Below, piece by piece: positions 18,693-29,685 of a stretch of DNA of 64,000 nt. Source of the stretch: an uncultured Actinomycetota bacterium (GTDB lineage Bacteria > Actinomycetota > Actinomycetes > Propionibacteriales > Nocardioidaceae). The position numbers and the translations under genes are program-made. The notes beneath the pieces are model-generated. The model did not search any database and was not told the origin of the DNA. It was given only the letters and a program-made list of their open reading frames with translations. The stretch lies in the NCBI GenBank assembly GCA_963815825.1, contig CAWFII010000016.1:14932-78931 (forward strand), in the 5' to 3' direction. Every line of letters begins with the position of its first letter. The first letter of the stretch is position 1.

Positions 18693-18842
18693 TCAGAGAA
18701 TGGCCTTCAGAATGGCCTTCTGCTCGTGCTTGGTGTCCTGCTTGGCGTCTGCGGCTCCACCGGCAGCACCGATCGAGGAGACGGCGAGGGCAACGGTCGC
18801 CGCGAGGAGTGCGCCGCGGACGGTGCGGGTCTTGATGCTCAT
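18693..18842 (-). CDS. 49-aa secreted peptide precursor (KAIL peptide 1)
   Basis: MSIKTRTVRGALLAATVALAVSSIGAAGGAADAKQDTKHEQKAILKAIL*. RBS GGGAGG, own promoter and terminator, and a paralogue at 46881-47021. Confidence 0.85.
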   Translation of the reverse strand: MSIKTRTVRGALLAATVALAVSSIGAAGGAADAKQDTKHEQKAILKAIL

Positions 18843-18899
18843 GGTGGGGTTCCCTCCCGTAGTTCCGGACCCCCAGGGGTGGGGTCCGGCTGTACATTC

Positions 18900-18929
18900 A
18901 GTCTACGGGCATTTGTCCGTTTTGTCCAA
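18900..18929 (-). promoter_or_regulatory. Sigma70/HrdB-like promoter of KAIL peptide 1
   Basis: Minus strand TTGGAC-N18-TAGACT, overlapped by the direct repeat GGACAAAAC/GGACAAATG. Confidence 0.55.
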
Positions 18930-19165
18930 AAGTTTGAGAAGGTCAGCCTCGAAACTGTGGGAGGGGCCGCCCCGAGATCCGGAGCGGCCCCTGGCACGTG
19001 CACTGGGCAGATTCAGCGCAGCGCGTCTCAGACGCTCGATTCCGCCCAGTCCGACATGTGCACGAGTCTCCGAGATGCGCCCGGCCGACGAACCTCCGGC
19101 ACCGGACAGAAGCGAGCAAACCAGAATCTAGATGACAGAGCACTCCGGCCACAACCCCCAGAGAG

Positions 19166-19191
19166 TCTGATTCAGGACAACCTGAATCAGA
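19166..19191. terminator. 11-bp inverted repeat overlapping the purB stop (terminator or operator)
   Basis: tctgattcagg-acaa-cctgaatcaga. Confidence 0.5.
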
Positions 19192-20605
19192 GGATGGCCC
19201 CCGGGGTGTAGCTCGCCGACTCAGGATCGGATGCCAGCGCTGCCTCGACCTGGCGCACCACCGAGGCGACCTGCTCCCGAGCCACTCCGGTGAACTCGAT
19301 CGGCTCCGAGACCAGTGCCTCGATCCGGGCGCGGTCCAGGCCGAGCCGTCCATCCCCCGCGAGCCGCGCGAACAGGTCGTTGTCGGTGCGCCCCTGACGC
19401 ATCTCGAGGGCCACGGCCACGGCGTGCTCCTTGATCGCCTCGTGCGCCTCCTCGCGACCCACGCCGTTGCGCACCGCCGCCATCAGCACCTTGGTCGTGG
19501 TCAGGAACGGGAGGTACCGGTCGAGCTCGCGCTGGACGACCGCAGGAAAGACCCCGAACTCGTCGAGCACCGTCAGGAACGTCTGGAACAGCCCGTCGGC
19601 GGCGAAGAACGCGTCCGGCAGCGCGACGCGGCGTACGACGGAGCAGGAGACGTCGCCCTCGTTCCACTGGTCCCCGGCCAGCTCGCTGACCATCGAGAGG
19701 TGGCCACGGAGGACGACGGCGAGGCCGTTGACCCGTTCGCACGAGCGCGTGTTCATCTTGTGCGGCATCGCGGAGGACCCGACCTGGCCCTCCTTGAAGC
19801 CCTCGGTGACCAGCTCGATCCCGGCCATCAGGCGGATCGTGGTGGCCAGGTTGGACGGACCGGCGACCGTCTGGACCAGGGCCGAGACCACGTCGAAGTC
19901 GAGCGAGCGCGGGTAGACCTGGCCCACGCTCGTGAGCACCTGGTCGAACCCGAGGTGGTGCGCCACCCGCTGCTCGAGCTCGGCGAAACGCGCGGTTGAG
20001 CCGTCCAGGAGGTCGAGCATGTCCTGGCCGGTGCCCATCGGCCCCTTGATCCCCCGCAACGGGTACCGGGCCAGCAGGTCGTCGATCCGGCCCAGCGCGA
20101 GGAGCATCTCGTCGGCCACGGAGGCGAACCGCTTGCCCAGCGTGGTGGCCTGGGCGGCCACGTTGTGCGAGCGACCGGCCATCACCAGGGCCTCGTGCTC
20201 GGTGGCCAGGCGCGCCAGCCGGGCGAGCGCGGCCAGCACCCGCTTGCGGATCAGCCCCAGTGACGCCCTGATCTGGAGCTGCTCGACGTTCTCGGTGAGG
20301 TCGCGCGAGGTCATCCCCTTGTGGATGTGCTCGTGGCCGGCCAGCGCGCAGAACTCCTCGATGCGCGCCTTGACGTCGTGGCGGGTGACCCGCTCGCGCG
20401 CGGCGATGCTGGTGAGGTCCACCTGGTCGACCACGGCCTCGTAGTCGGCGATCACCTCGTCGGGCACGTCGATGCCCAGGCTCTGCTGGGCGGTCAGGAC
20501 CGCGATCCACAGCTGCCGCTCCAGCACGATCTTGTGCTCGGGCGACCAGAGCTCGGCCAGGTCGGCCCCGGCGTACCGGGTGGCCAGCACGTTGGGCACG
20601 GTCAT
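19187..20605 (-). CDS. purB: Adenylosuccinate lyase
   Basis: IHKGMTSRDLTEN, GRSHNVAAQ, fumarate-lyase signature GSSAMPHKMN. Confidence 0.97.
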   Translation of the reverse strand: MTVPNVLATRYAGADLAELWSPEHKIVLERQLWIAVLTAQQSLGIDVPDEVIADYEAVVDQVDLTSIAARERVTRHDVKARIEEFCALAGHEHIHKGMTSRDLTENVEQLQIRASLGLIRKRVLAALARLARLATEHEALVMAGRSHNVAAQATTLGKRFASVADEMLLALGRIDDLLARYPLRGIKGPMGTGQDMLDLLDGSTARFAELEQRVAHHLGFDQVLTSVGQVYPRSLDFDVVSALVQTVAGPSNLATTIRLMAGIELVTEGFKEGQVGSSAMPHKMNTRSCERVNGLAVVLRGHLSMVSELAGDQWNEGDVSCSVVRRVALPDAFFAADGLFQTFLTVLDEFGVFPAVVQRELDRYLPFLTTTKVLMAAVRNGVGREEAHEAIKEHAVAVALEMRQGRTDNDLFARLAGDGRLGLDRARIEALVSEPIEFTGVAREQVASVVRQVEAALASDPESASYTPGAIL

Positions 20606-20619
20606 CGGGCCTGCGTCAC

Positions 20620-21873
20620 TCACTTGGTTCCCTCCTCGACCACCGAGGCGGCGATGTCGGTGCGCCACTGGGCGCCTGCAAAGCTGATCGAGGAGACGCC
20701 CTCGTAGGCCCTGGTGCGGGCGGTCGCCACGTCGCTGCCGACTGCGGTCACCGCCAGCACCCGGCCACCGGCCGTCACGAGCGCGCCGTCGCGGCGCGAC
20801 GTGCCCGAGTGGATCACGTCGACGTCGGTCTCGGCGGCCAGCTTCTCCGTCCCGGTGATCACGTCGCCCTTGCTGGAGGACTCGGGGTAGCCCGCGCTGG
20901 CCATCACCACGGCCACGGCACCACCGTCCTTCCAGCGCGGGGGTTCCACCTCGTCGAGGGTCGCGTCCGCGGCGCCCTTGAGCAGTGCCCCCAGCGGCGA
21001 GTCGAGCAGCGCCATCAACGGTTGGGTCTCGGGGTCACCGAACCGCGCGTTGAACTCCACCACCCGCAGGCCCCGGGAGGTCAGCGCGAGGCCGGCGTAG
21101 AGCAGTCCCGCGAAGAGGGCACCCCGGTGCGCCATCTCGTCGACCGTCGGCTGCAGCACCCGTTCCAGCACGTCGGCCACCAGGTCGTCGGGAGCCCAGG
21201 CGAGCGGGGTGTAGGCACCCATCCCCCCGGTGTTGGGCCCCTGGTCGCCGTCGAAGACCCGCTTGAAGTCCTGAGCCGGTTGCAGCGGGTAGACGGTCCT
21301 TCCGTCGGTGATCGCGAACAGCGAGACCTCGGGACCGTCGAGGAACTCCTCGATCACGACCCGGTCGCACAGCGCGGCGTGCGCGACCGCCTCGTCGCGG
21401 TCGTCGGTCACCACCACGCCCTTGCCCGCGGCCAGGCCGTCGTCCTTGACGACGTAGGGCGGTCCGAAGGCGTCCAGCGCGGCGGCGACCTCGTCCTCGG
21501 TGTCGCACACGTGCGCCATGGCTGTCGGCACCCCCGCAGCGGCCATCACGTCCTTGGCGAAGGCCTTCGACCCCTCGAGCTCGGCTGCCAGCCGGGAGGG
21601 ACCGAAGCAGCTGATCCCGTGCTCACGCACGGCGTCGGCGACTCCTGCCACCAGCGGCGCCTCCGGCCCGATGACGACGAGGTCGACCCCCAGCCGAGCG
21701 GCCAGCCCGGCCACGGCCGCACCGTCCATCGGGTCGACGTCATGAAGGGTCGCGACCTCGGCGATACCCGGGTTGCCCGGAGCGGCGTGCACCTCGCTGA
21801 CCGCGGGGTCGCGGGAGAGCGCGAGCGCGAGCGCGTGCTCGCGCCCACCGGTTCCGATCACGAGGGTCCTCAC
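20620..21873 (-). CDS. purD: Phosphoribosylamine-glycine ligase
   Basis: LVIGTGGREHAL, APGNPG, GPEAPLVAGVAD, KDDGLAAGKGV, NTGGMGAY, EFNARFGDPE, GGRVL. Confidence 0.98.
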   Translation of the reverse strand: MRTLVIGTGGREHALALALSRDPAVSEVHAAPGNPGIAEVATLHDVDPMDGAAVAGLAARLGVDLVVIGPEAPLVAGVADAVREHGISCFGPSRLAAELEGSKAFAKDVMAAAGVPTAMAHVCDTEDEVAAALDAFGPPYVVKDDGLAAGKGVVVTDDRDEAVAHAALCDRVVIEEFLDGPEVSLFAITDGRTVYPLQPAQDFKRVFDGDQGPNTGGMGAYTPLAWAPDDLVADVLERVLQPTVDEMAHRGALFAGLLYAGLALTSRGLRVVEFNARFGDPETQPLMALLDSPLGALLKGAADATLDEVEPPRWKDGGAVAVVMASAGYPESSSKGDVITGTEKLAAETDVDVIHSGTSRRDGALVTAGGRVLAVTAVGSDVATARTRAYEGVSSISFAGAQWRTDIAASVVEEGTK

Positions 21874-21940
21874 GTTCGCCGATCCTATCGACGGCGCCCG
21901 GTCCTGCGTCGGGGGCGCCCGGTCGAGCCGGAGCCGGGTC

Positions 21941-22741
21941 TCAGGCGCGTCGGAGCGAGGCGACCCGCCACCCGGTCGCTGCCACCGCCAGGACGAGGAC
22001 CCCGGTCGCACGCGCGCTGAGCCCGAGACCTGCGTGGCGGGGCCACTCGCCGAGCAGGGCGACGGCCGACTCGCCGAACGGTCCGGTCAGGACGTACGCC
22101 GCCCAGAAGGTCGCCACCGCGTTCGTCCCGAACCCGTAGTAGCCCACCGCGAGCAGCACGAGCATCGTGCCCAGCGCGATGACCGACCCCCCGTGGCCCG
22201 GCGGGAGGACAGACCCCACCAGCCCACCGAACGACCTCCCGAGCGCGAACGCGAGGAGCACCGCCAGCCAGTAGAAGGCCTCACGTCGACGGGTCACGAC
22301 CGTGTGGATCGACAGCGTGCGCTCGGTCCGGTACCAGCCCGTCAGGAGCCCTGCGAGACCGAGCGCGCAGAGAGCGCCGGCCGTCGCCGGGCCGATGTGG
22401 AGGGTCTCGACGAGGTTGTCCGCGACCAGTGAACCCACTGCGCTGACCACGACGACCGTGAGCCAGTAGACCGGCGCCACGTGACGTCGCAGCGAGATCT
22501 GCGCACCCAGCTGCGTCACCAGCAGGACGCCCATGATGGCGGTGGTCGGCACCAGTCCGAGGACCAGGTCTCGGGCGAGGAAGTGCGTGGCGGCGCCGCC
22601 GAGGGTGCTGCTGAGGATCTTCAACAACCAGAACACCACGGTGACCTCGGGTGCCTTGCTGGAGAGCAACCAGGTCCAGGGGCTCTCCCAGGACGCCCGT
22701 GCGCGCAGGGCGAAGTCGTTCGAGAAGGGACCGGACGTCAT
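21941..22741 (-). CDS. COG4705/DUF347-repeat membrane protein, diverged
   Basis: PEVTVVFWLLKI, ERTLSIHTVVTRRREAFYWLAVL, FWAAYVLT motifs. Confidence 0.8.
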   Translation of the reverse strand: MTSGPFSNDFALRARASWESPWTWLLSSKAPEVTVVFWLLKILSSTLGGAATHFLARDLVLGLVPTTAIMGVLLVTQLGAQISLRRHVAPVYWLTVVVVSAVGSLVADNLVETLHIGPATAGALCALGLAGLLTGWYRTERTLSIHTVVTRRREAFYWLAVLLAFALGRSFGGLVGSVLPPGHGGSVIALGTMLVLLAVGYYGFGTNAVATFWAAYVLTGPFGESAVALLGEWPRHAGLGLSARATGVLVLAVAATGWRVASLRRA

Positions 22742-22763
22742 GTCCGCGAGGATGCGTCGGTCT

Positions 22764-22780
22764 ACCTGAAGCTCACCTGA
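22764..22780 (-). promoter_or_regulatory. OmpR-type direct repeat TCAGGT-N5-TCAGGT upstream of the COG4705 gene
   Basis: Minus strand tcaggt-gagct-tcaggt, then 9 nt, CATCCT, 7 nt, ATG. Confidence 0.7.
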
Positions 22781-22788
22781 CCGCGCGG

Positions 22789-24111
22789 TCAGGTCCTGGG
22801 AAGCGTCAGCGTGAAGGTCGTCGGAGCCGACGGCGAGGTCACCCGCACGCCGCCACCCAGCGTCTGCGCGACCCGTCTCGCCAGAGCGAGTCCCAGCCCC
22901 GCACCACCGCTCGAGGCACTCCGTGCCCCGGCGTCGAAGAGAGTCTCCGGATCACCGGCCACGCCGGGCCCGTCGTCGGAGACGTGGAGGTCGACCGTCC
23001 GTGTCCTGACCTCGGCGCTGAGGATCACGCTCGAGCTCGCGTGCCGCAACGCGTTGTCGACCAGCGGGGACAGCGCGCGGACCGCCATCTCGGTGGTCGC
23101 AGCGAGCGTGACCTGTCCGTGCGCCTCGTCGATACGGACGTGCAGCTCGGGGTGCTGCCCCAGGTGCCCGTCCACCGCGGCCAGGGCGACCTCCCGGAGC
23201 GTGGTGCGGGTGCCGGAGTGGTCCCCCCCGCGGGCGATCGCCAGCAGCGTGGAGATCGTGCTGCTCATCGTGTCGACGAGCTCGACGATCCGGTCCAGAT
23301 GGACCGCTGCGGCTCCAGTCGGGGACTTCATCAGCGCGAGCTCTGCCTCCCCGCGCACTCCGGTCAACGGCGTACGCAGCTCGTGCGCGAGCTCGGAGGT
23401 GAGCAGCTGCTCGCCGCGCAACGCACCGGCGACGCGGTCCAGCAGCACGTTCAGGGTCCGTCCCAGATGAGCGATCTCGTCGTGTGCGCCGGGGTCGTCG
23501 AAGCGGGCGTCGAGCGCCTGCTCGCTCCACTCGTCAGCCAGCGCGGCCATGGCCTCGACCGGCGTGAGGGTGCGGCCCGCCGTCCACGCCGCGACCGCCG
23601 TGGCACCCGCCGTGACGAGCAGACCGAGCGCCACCAGCCCGACGAGGATCTCGGTGCGGGTCGACTCGTAGGGCTCGAGGCTCTTGGAGACGACGAGTAC
23701 GCCGGTCGTGGGTGCCGGCCCCCTGATCGAGACCGGGGCCGCGAGGAAGACCCGGTCGCCCACCTGCGCCCGCGTCCGAGTCGTGACGGTGCCGAGCCGG
23801 TCGGCAGCATCGCGGACCCGGTCGCTCGCTCGGGGCCCGTCCAGCTTGGTGCCGTTGCCGTCGTAGAGCCAGGTGGTGTCGTCGATGCTGTCGTCGGCCG
23901 TCTCCAGTGCCAGCGCCGGTCCGTCGGGATTGCTCTCCACACCAGCGGTGATGACCGCGAGTCGGTCCGCCAGCGCCGAGTCGACGCTGTTGCGCGTCAC
24001 GGCGTTCAGCGCGAGCACGACCGTCCCGATCATGGCCACCATCGCCACCGCGGAGACCAGTGCGGTCGTCACCACGATCCGCCTGCGCAAGCTTCTGCGG
24101 GGGCGCCTCAT
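22789..24111 (-). CDS. Sensor histidine kinase (2 TM, HAMP, HisKA, HATPase)
   Basis: H-box LAHELRTPL, N-box LVDNALRH, DDGPG, GAGLGL. Confidence 0.95.
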   Translation of the reverse strand: MRRPRRSLRRRIVVTTALVSAVAMVAMIGTVVLALNAVTRNSVDSALADRLAVITAGVESNPDGPALALETADDSIDDTTWLYDGNGTKLDGPRASDRVRDAADRLGTVTTRTRAQVGDRVFLAAPVSIRGPAPTTGVLVVSKSLEPYESTRTEILVGLVALGLLVTAGATAVAAWTAGRTLTPVEAMAALADEWSEQALDARFDDPGAHDEIAHLGRTLNVLLDRVAGALRGEQLLTSELAHELRTPLTGVRGEAELALMKSPTGAAAVHLDRIVELVDTMSSTISTLLAIARGGDHSGTRTTLREVALAAVDGHLGQHPELHVRIDEAHGQVTLAATTEMAVRALSPLVDNALRHASSSVILSAEVRTRTVDLHVSDDGPGVAGDPETLFDAGARSASSGGAGLGLALARRVAQTLGGGVRVTSPSAPTTFTLTLPRT

Positions 24112-24770
24112 CTGAGTGCGAACCCGACCCCTCGGACCGTCTCCAGCGAGACAGGGGAGTCCACGGCCGCGAGCTTGACCCGCAGCCGGCGGATGTAGGA
24201 GTCGATGGTGTTCTCACTGACCATGGCGCCGTCCGGCCAGCCGGCCGCCACCGCCGCACGGCGCCTGACGACGGTCCCGGGCTCGGCGGCGATCGCTGCC
24301 AGCATCCGGAACTCGGTCGGGGTCAGGCGCGCCTCGAGGTCCCCGTGCCGCACCGCGTAGCGGTCGGGGTCCAGGTGCAGGCCGGAGACCAACGAGGGCA
24401 CCGGGCGACTGCGCTTGTGCAGCGCCTCGATGCGGACCATCACCTCGGACAGGGCGAACGGCTTGGACACGTAGTCGTCCCCGCCGGCGTGGAACCCGGC
24501 GACCCGGTCGTGCACGGCGTCCAGGGCGGTCAGGAACATCACCGGCGCGTGCTGGCCCTCGTTGCGCAGCGCCTGGCACACGTCGCGCCCGTCCGCATCG
24601 GGCAGTCCGATGTCGATGACCAGCACGTCCACCCCGGAGGAGGGGGCCAGGTGGAGCAGAGCCTCCCGGCCGTTGCGCGCGACGACCACGTCGTAGCCGT
24701 TCATCCGCAGCGCGTCGGCGAGCACACGACGCACGGAGGGGTCGTCCTCCACGATCCCGACCTTCGTCAT
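24108..24770 (-). CDS. OmpR-family response regulator
   Basis: IVEDD, DIGLPDADG, GGDDYVSKPF, winged-helix LTPTEFRML...NTIDSYIRRLRVKL...TVRGVGF. Confidence 0.96.
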   Translation of the reverse strand: MTKVGIVEDDPSVRRVLADALRMNGYDVVVARNGREALLHLAPSSGVDVLVIDIGLPDADGRDVCQALRNEGQHAPVMFLTALDAVHDRVAGFHAGGDDYVSKPFALSEVMVRIEALHKRSRPVPSLVSGLHLDPDRYAVRHGDLEARLTPTEFRMLAAIAAEPGTVVRRRAAVAAGWPDGAMVSENTIDSYIRRLRVKLAAVDSPVSLETVRGVGFALR

Positions 24771-24822
24771 GTGTCCATCGTGCCCCAGGTCAGGTGGAGT
24801 TTCCCCCACATCTGACCGACGT

Positions 24823-24839
24823 TCAGGTGCCGGTCAGGT
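24823..24839 (+). promoter_or_regulatory. OmpR-type direct repeat TCAGGT-N5-TCAGGT upstream of the glycosylation operon
   Basis: tcaggt-gccgg-tcaggt, then 9 nt, CATGGT, 6 nt, ATG 24861. Confidence 0.7.
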
Positions 24840-24860
24840 TCTTCGCTGCATGGTCGTTCC

Positions 24861-26447
24861 ATGCCCACCTCGCTCGATCGGCCACCTGTGTCACCGGTCG
24901 TCGCCGAGCAGGTCCCGCAGTCGTCGTGGCGCGGGGTCCTCCGGGTCGCCCGACGGCATCCCGTGGGCGCGATCGCCGCGATCGTCGTCGTACTGCGCCT
25001 TCCGCTGCTGGACCAGGCACCGAGCCCGGACGAGGCCGGCTTCTTGATGGTGGGCGGCCACTGGCACGCCGGCGGGACCTCGCTCTACGGGAACTACTGG
25101 GTGGACCGGCCCCCCCTGCTCATCACGATCTTCCGGCTGGCGTCCCTGACCGGCGGGCTGGTGCCGCTCCGGCTGATCGGCGCTCTCGCAGCGGTCGCGG
25201 TCGTCACGGGTGTGGCCCACGTCGCGCGTCAGCTGGACGGGGACCGGGCAGCAGCGTGGGCGGGGCTCGCGGCAGCCTCCTGGTGCGTGAGCCCGCTCGT
25301 GGGAGCGGAGATGGTCAACGGCGAACTGCTCGCTGCCCCGTTCGTCATCTGGGGCATCGCCGCGATGCTGCACAGCCTGAGGTCCGAGGGGCCAACGCGG
25401 AGCTTCCAGCTCGCAGCAGCGGCGGGAGCCGCGTTCGTCGCGGCGCTGCTGGTCAAGCAGAACATCGCCGACGTCGGGGTCTTCGCGGCCACCGTGCTCC
25501 TGGTGGCGTGGCGACGACGTGAGCTCACCTTCGCCCAGGTACGCCGCCTGGCTCTGGCGTTCGGCGCCGGCAGCGTGGGCCTGCTGCTGATGATGTCCGG
25601 CTGGACGCTGCTGCACGGGACCTCGTTGACCGGTGTCTTCGACGCGATGTACCCCTTCCGCATCGAGGCCGGCCGGGTGATGGCCGGCGCGACCACCCAC
25701 CAGGCGGTGACGGGGCGACTCTGGGCCCTGCTCACCTCCTGGGCGCTCAGCGGCGGGGTCGCGGTGCTGGTGGTCTCCGCCTGGGCGCTCCTCACCCGTC
25801 GCGTGCACGGCGCCGTGGCCTGGGCACTCGGCGCCACCATCCTCTTCGAGATCGCCTCGGTGCTGCTCGGTGGCAACTACTGGAACCACTACCTCGTGCA
25901 GCTCGTCGCACCACTGTCGGTCACCGTCGGCGTGCTGGCGGCCAGGCGGCAGCTCTGGGCCAGGCCACTGGTCTCGGCACTGGCGGTGCTCGCCGTCGTG
26001 GCGTGGGTCCTCGCCCTGCCACCGCGGGTGGACTCGCTGGCCTCGAGCGTCGGGCACTCCATCGGCGCGGCCTCCCGGCCGGGCGACACGATCGTGACGG
26101 TCTACGGGCACTCAGACGTCACCCAGTCCTCGGGACTCGACTCCCCCTACCCCTACCTGTGGAGCCTGCCGCTCAAGACGCTCGACCCCGACCTCGCCCA
26201 GCTCGACCGGGTGCTGGGCGGGCCAGACGCCCCCACCTGGTTCGTCACCTGGAGCCATCTCCCGACCTGGGGCGTGCACAGCGGAGCCACTGCCGATCTG
26301 GTCGCGCACGACTACCACCCGGTGGCCGTGCTCGCCGGACGCACGGTCTACCTCCGCAACGGGATCCGGCGCAGCACCCCTGTGCTCGACGGGATCCCGT
26401 CCACCAAGCCACTGTTCTCCACCTCCCTGAAGGGACTCATCCGATGA
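24861..26447 (+). CDS. GT-C fold (GT39/PMT-like) membrane glycosyltransferase
   Basis: SPDEAGF acidic loop, LYGNYWVDRPPLL, many TM helices; first gene of the GT2-GtrA-PAP2 operon. Confidence 0.75.
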   Translation: MPTSLDRPPVSPVVAEQVPQSSWRGVLRVARRHPVGAIAAIVVVLRLPLLDQAPSPDEAGFLMVGGHWHAGGTSLYGNYWVDRPPLLITIFRLASLTGGLVPLRLIGALAAVAVVTGVAHVARQLDGDRAAAWAGLAAASWCVSPLVGAEMVNGELLAAPFVIWGIAAMLHSLRSEGPTRSFQLAAAAGAAFVAALLVKQNIADVGVFAATVLLVAWRRRELTFAQVRRLALAFGAGSVGLLLMMSGWTLLHGTSLTGVFDAMYPFRIEAGRVMAGATTHQAVTGRLWALLTSWALSGGVAVLVVSAWALLTRRVHGAVAWALGATILFEIASVLLGGNYWNHYLVQLVAPLSVTVGVLAARRQLWARPLVSALAVLAVVAWVLALPPRVDSLASSVGHSIGAASRPGDTIVTVYGHSDVTQSSGLDSPYPYLWSLPLKTLDPDLAQLDRVLGGPDAPTWFVTWSHLPTWGVHSGATADLVAHDYHPVAVLAGRTVYLRNGIRRSTPVLDGIPSTKPLFSTSLKGLIR

Positions 26448-27214
26448 AGACCATCGTCGTCATCCCGACCTATGACGAGGCCGACAACATCTGTGCGGTC
26501 CTCGACGCCGTGCTCGTCGCGGCACCGACGACCGACGTGCTCGTCGTCGACGACAGCAGCCCCGACGGGACTGCTGCCCTGGTCCGGTCACATCCCCAGC
26601 ACCTCCGACGCGTCTTCCTCCTCAGCCGCAGCGACAAGGACGGTCTCGGGGCCGCCTACCGAGCCGGCATGACCTGGGCACTGGCGCGCGGGTACGACGC
26701 GGTGGCGCAGATGGACGCCGACCTGTCCCACCCACCGGAGCGGCTCCCCGTCCTCCTGGCGGCCCTCGAGGAGGCCGACCTCGCCGTGGGCTCGCGCTAC
26801 GTCCGCGGCGGAGCGGTCCAGGACTGGCCGTGGAGCCGACGCGCCATCTCCTGGGGCGGCAACCTCTACGTGCGCCTCGTGCTCGGCCTGCCGGTCCACG
26901 ACACGACCGCGGGTTTCAAGGCGTTCCGTCGCGACGCCCTGCTCCGGATCGGCGCACTGGAGTCGGAGTCGAACGGCTACAGCTTCCAGATCGAGAACAC
27001 CTGGCGCGCGAGCAGGCTGGGACTGCGGATCGTCGAGGTGCCGATCACCTTCACCGACCGCAACTCGGGCCAGTCGAAGATGTCGAGCTCGATCGTGCGC
27101 GAGGCGGTCCTCAGGGTGCTGGTGTGGCGGTGGCGGGAGCTCGCCGGCCGGGCCACGCCTCCCACAGCCACGCCGGCCGAACGTCTGACGGAGCGACATG
27201 ACGTCGCGGTCTGA
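26444..27214 (+). CDS. Polyprenol monophosphomannose synthase (GT2, Ppm1-like)
   Basis: VIPTYDEADNI, VVDDSSPDGT, GLGAAYRAG, QMDADLSH, GSRYV, DTTAGFKAFR, GYSFQIE. Confidence 0.9.
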   Translation: MKTIVVIPTYDEADNICAVLDAVLVAAPTTDVLVVDDSSPDGTAALVRSHPQHLRRVFLLSRSDKDGLGAAYRAGMTWALARGYDAVAQMDADLSHPPERLPVLLAALEEADLAVGSRYVRGGAVQDWPWSRRAISWGGNLYVRLVLGLPVHDTTAGFKAFRRDALLRIGALESESNGYSFQIENTWRASRLGLRIVEVPITFTDRNSGQSKMSSSIVREAVLRVLVWRWRELAGRATPPTATPAERLTERHDVAV

Positions 27215-27673
27215 GGCGCTCGTCCAGCGCCTCGCCTCCCCCGAGGTGCTCACCTTCCTGGCCGTCGGTGGGGTCGGGTACGTCGTCGACGTGGTCACCT
27301 TCAACGTGTTGCGTGGCACGGCCACGCTCGGCACGACGGACCCGTCGTACGCGCGCGTCCTGGCGGTCGCGGTGGCCATGGTGGTCACCTACCTGGGGAA
27401 CCGGATGTACACCTGGCGCGGCCAGGCCAGCGGGGACCGCCGCCGCGAGATCGGGCTGTTCATCCTCTTCAACCTCGTCGGGCTCGGCATCTCGGTCGTC
27501 ACCCTGGTGCTCTCCCACGACGTCCTGGGACTCACCAGCCGCCTTGCGGACAACCTCTCGGCCAACGTCGTGGGCCTGGCCCTCGGCACGCTCTTCAGAT
27601 ACTGGTCCTACCGGAGGTTCGTGTTCGCCACCCCCGTGAACGCCCAGGAGCAGCACCTCCGGGCGAGCCCCGC

Positions 27674-29685
<2,012 letters not shown>

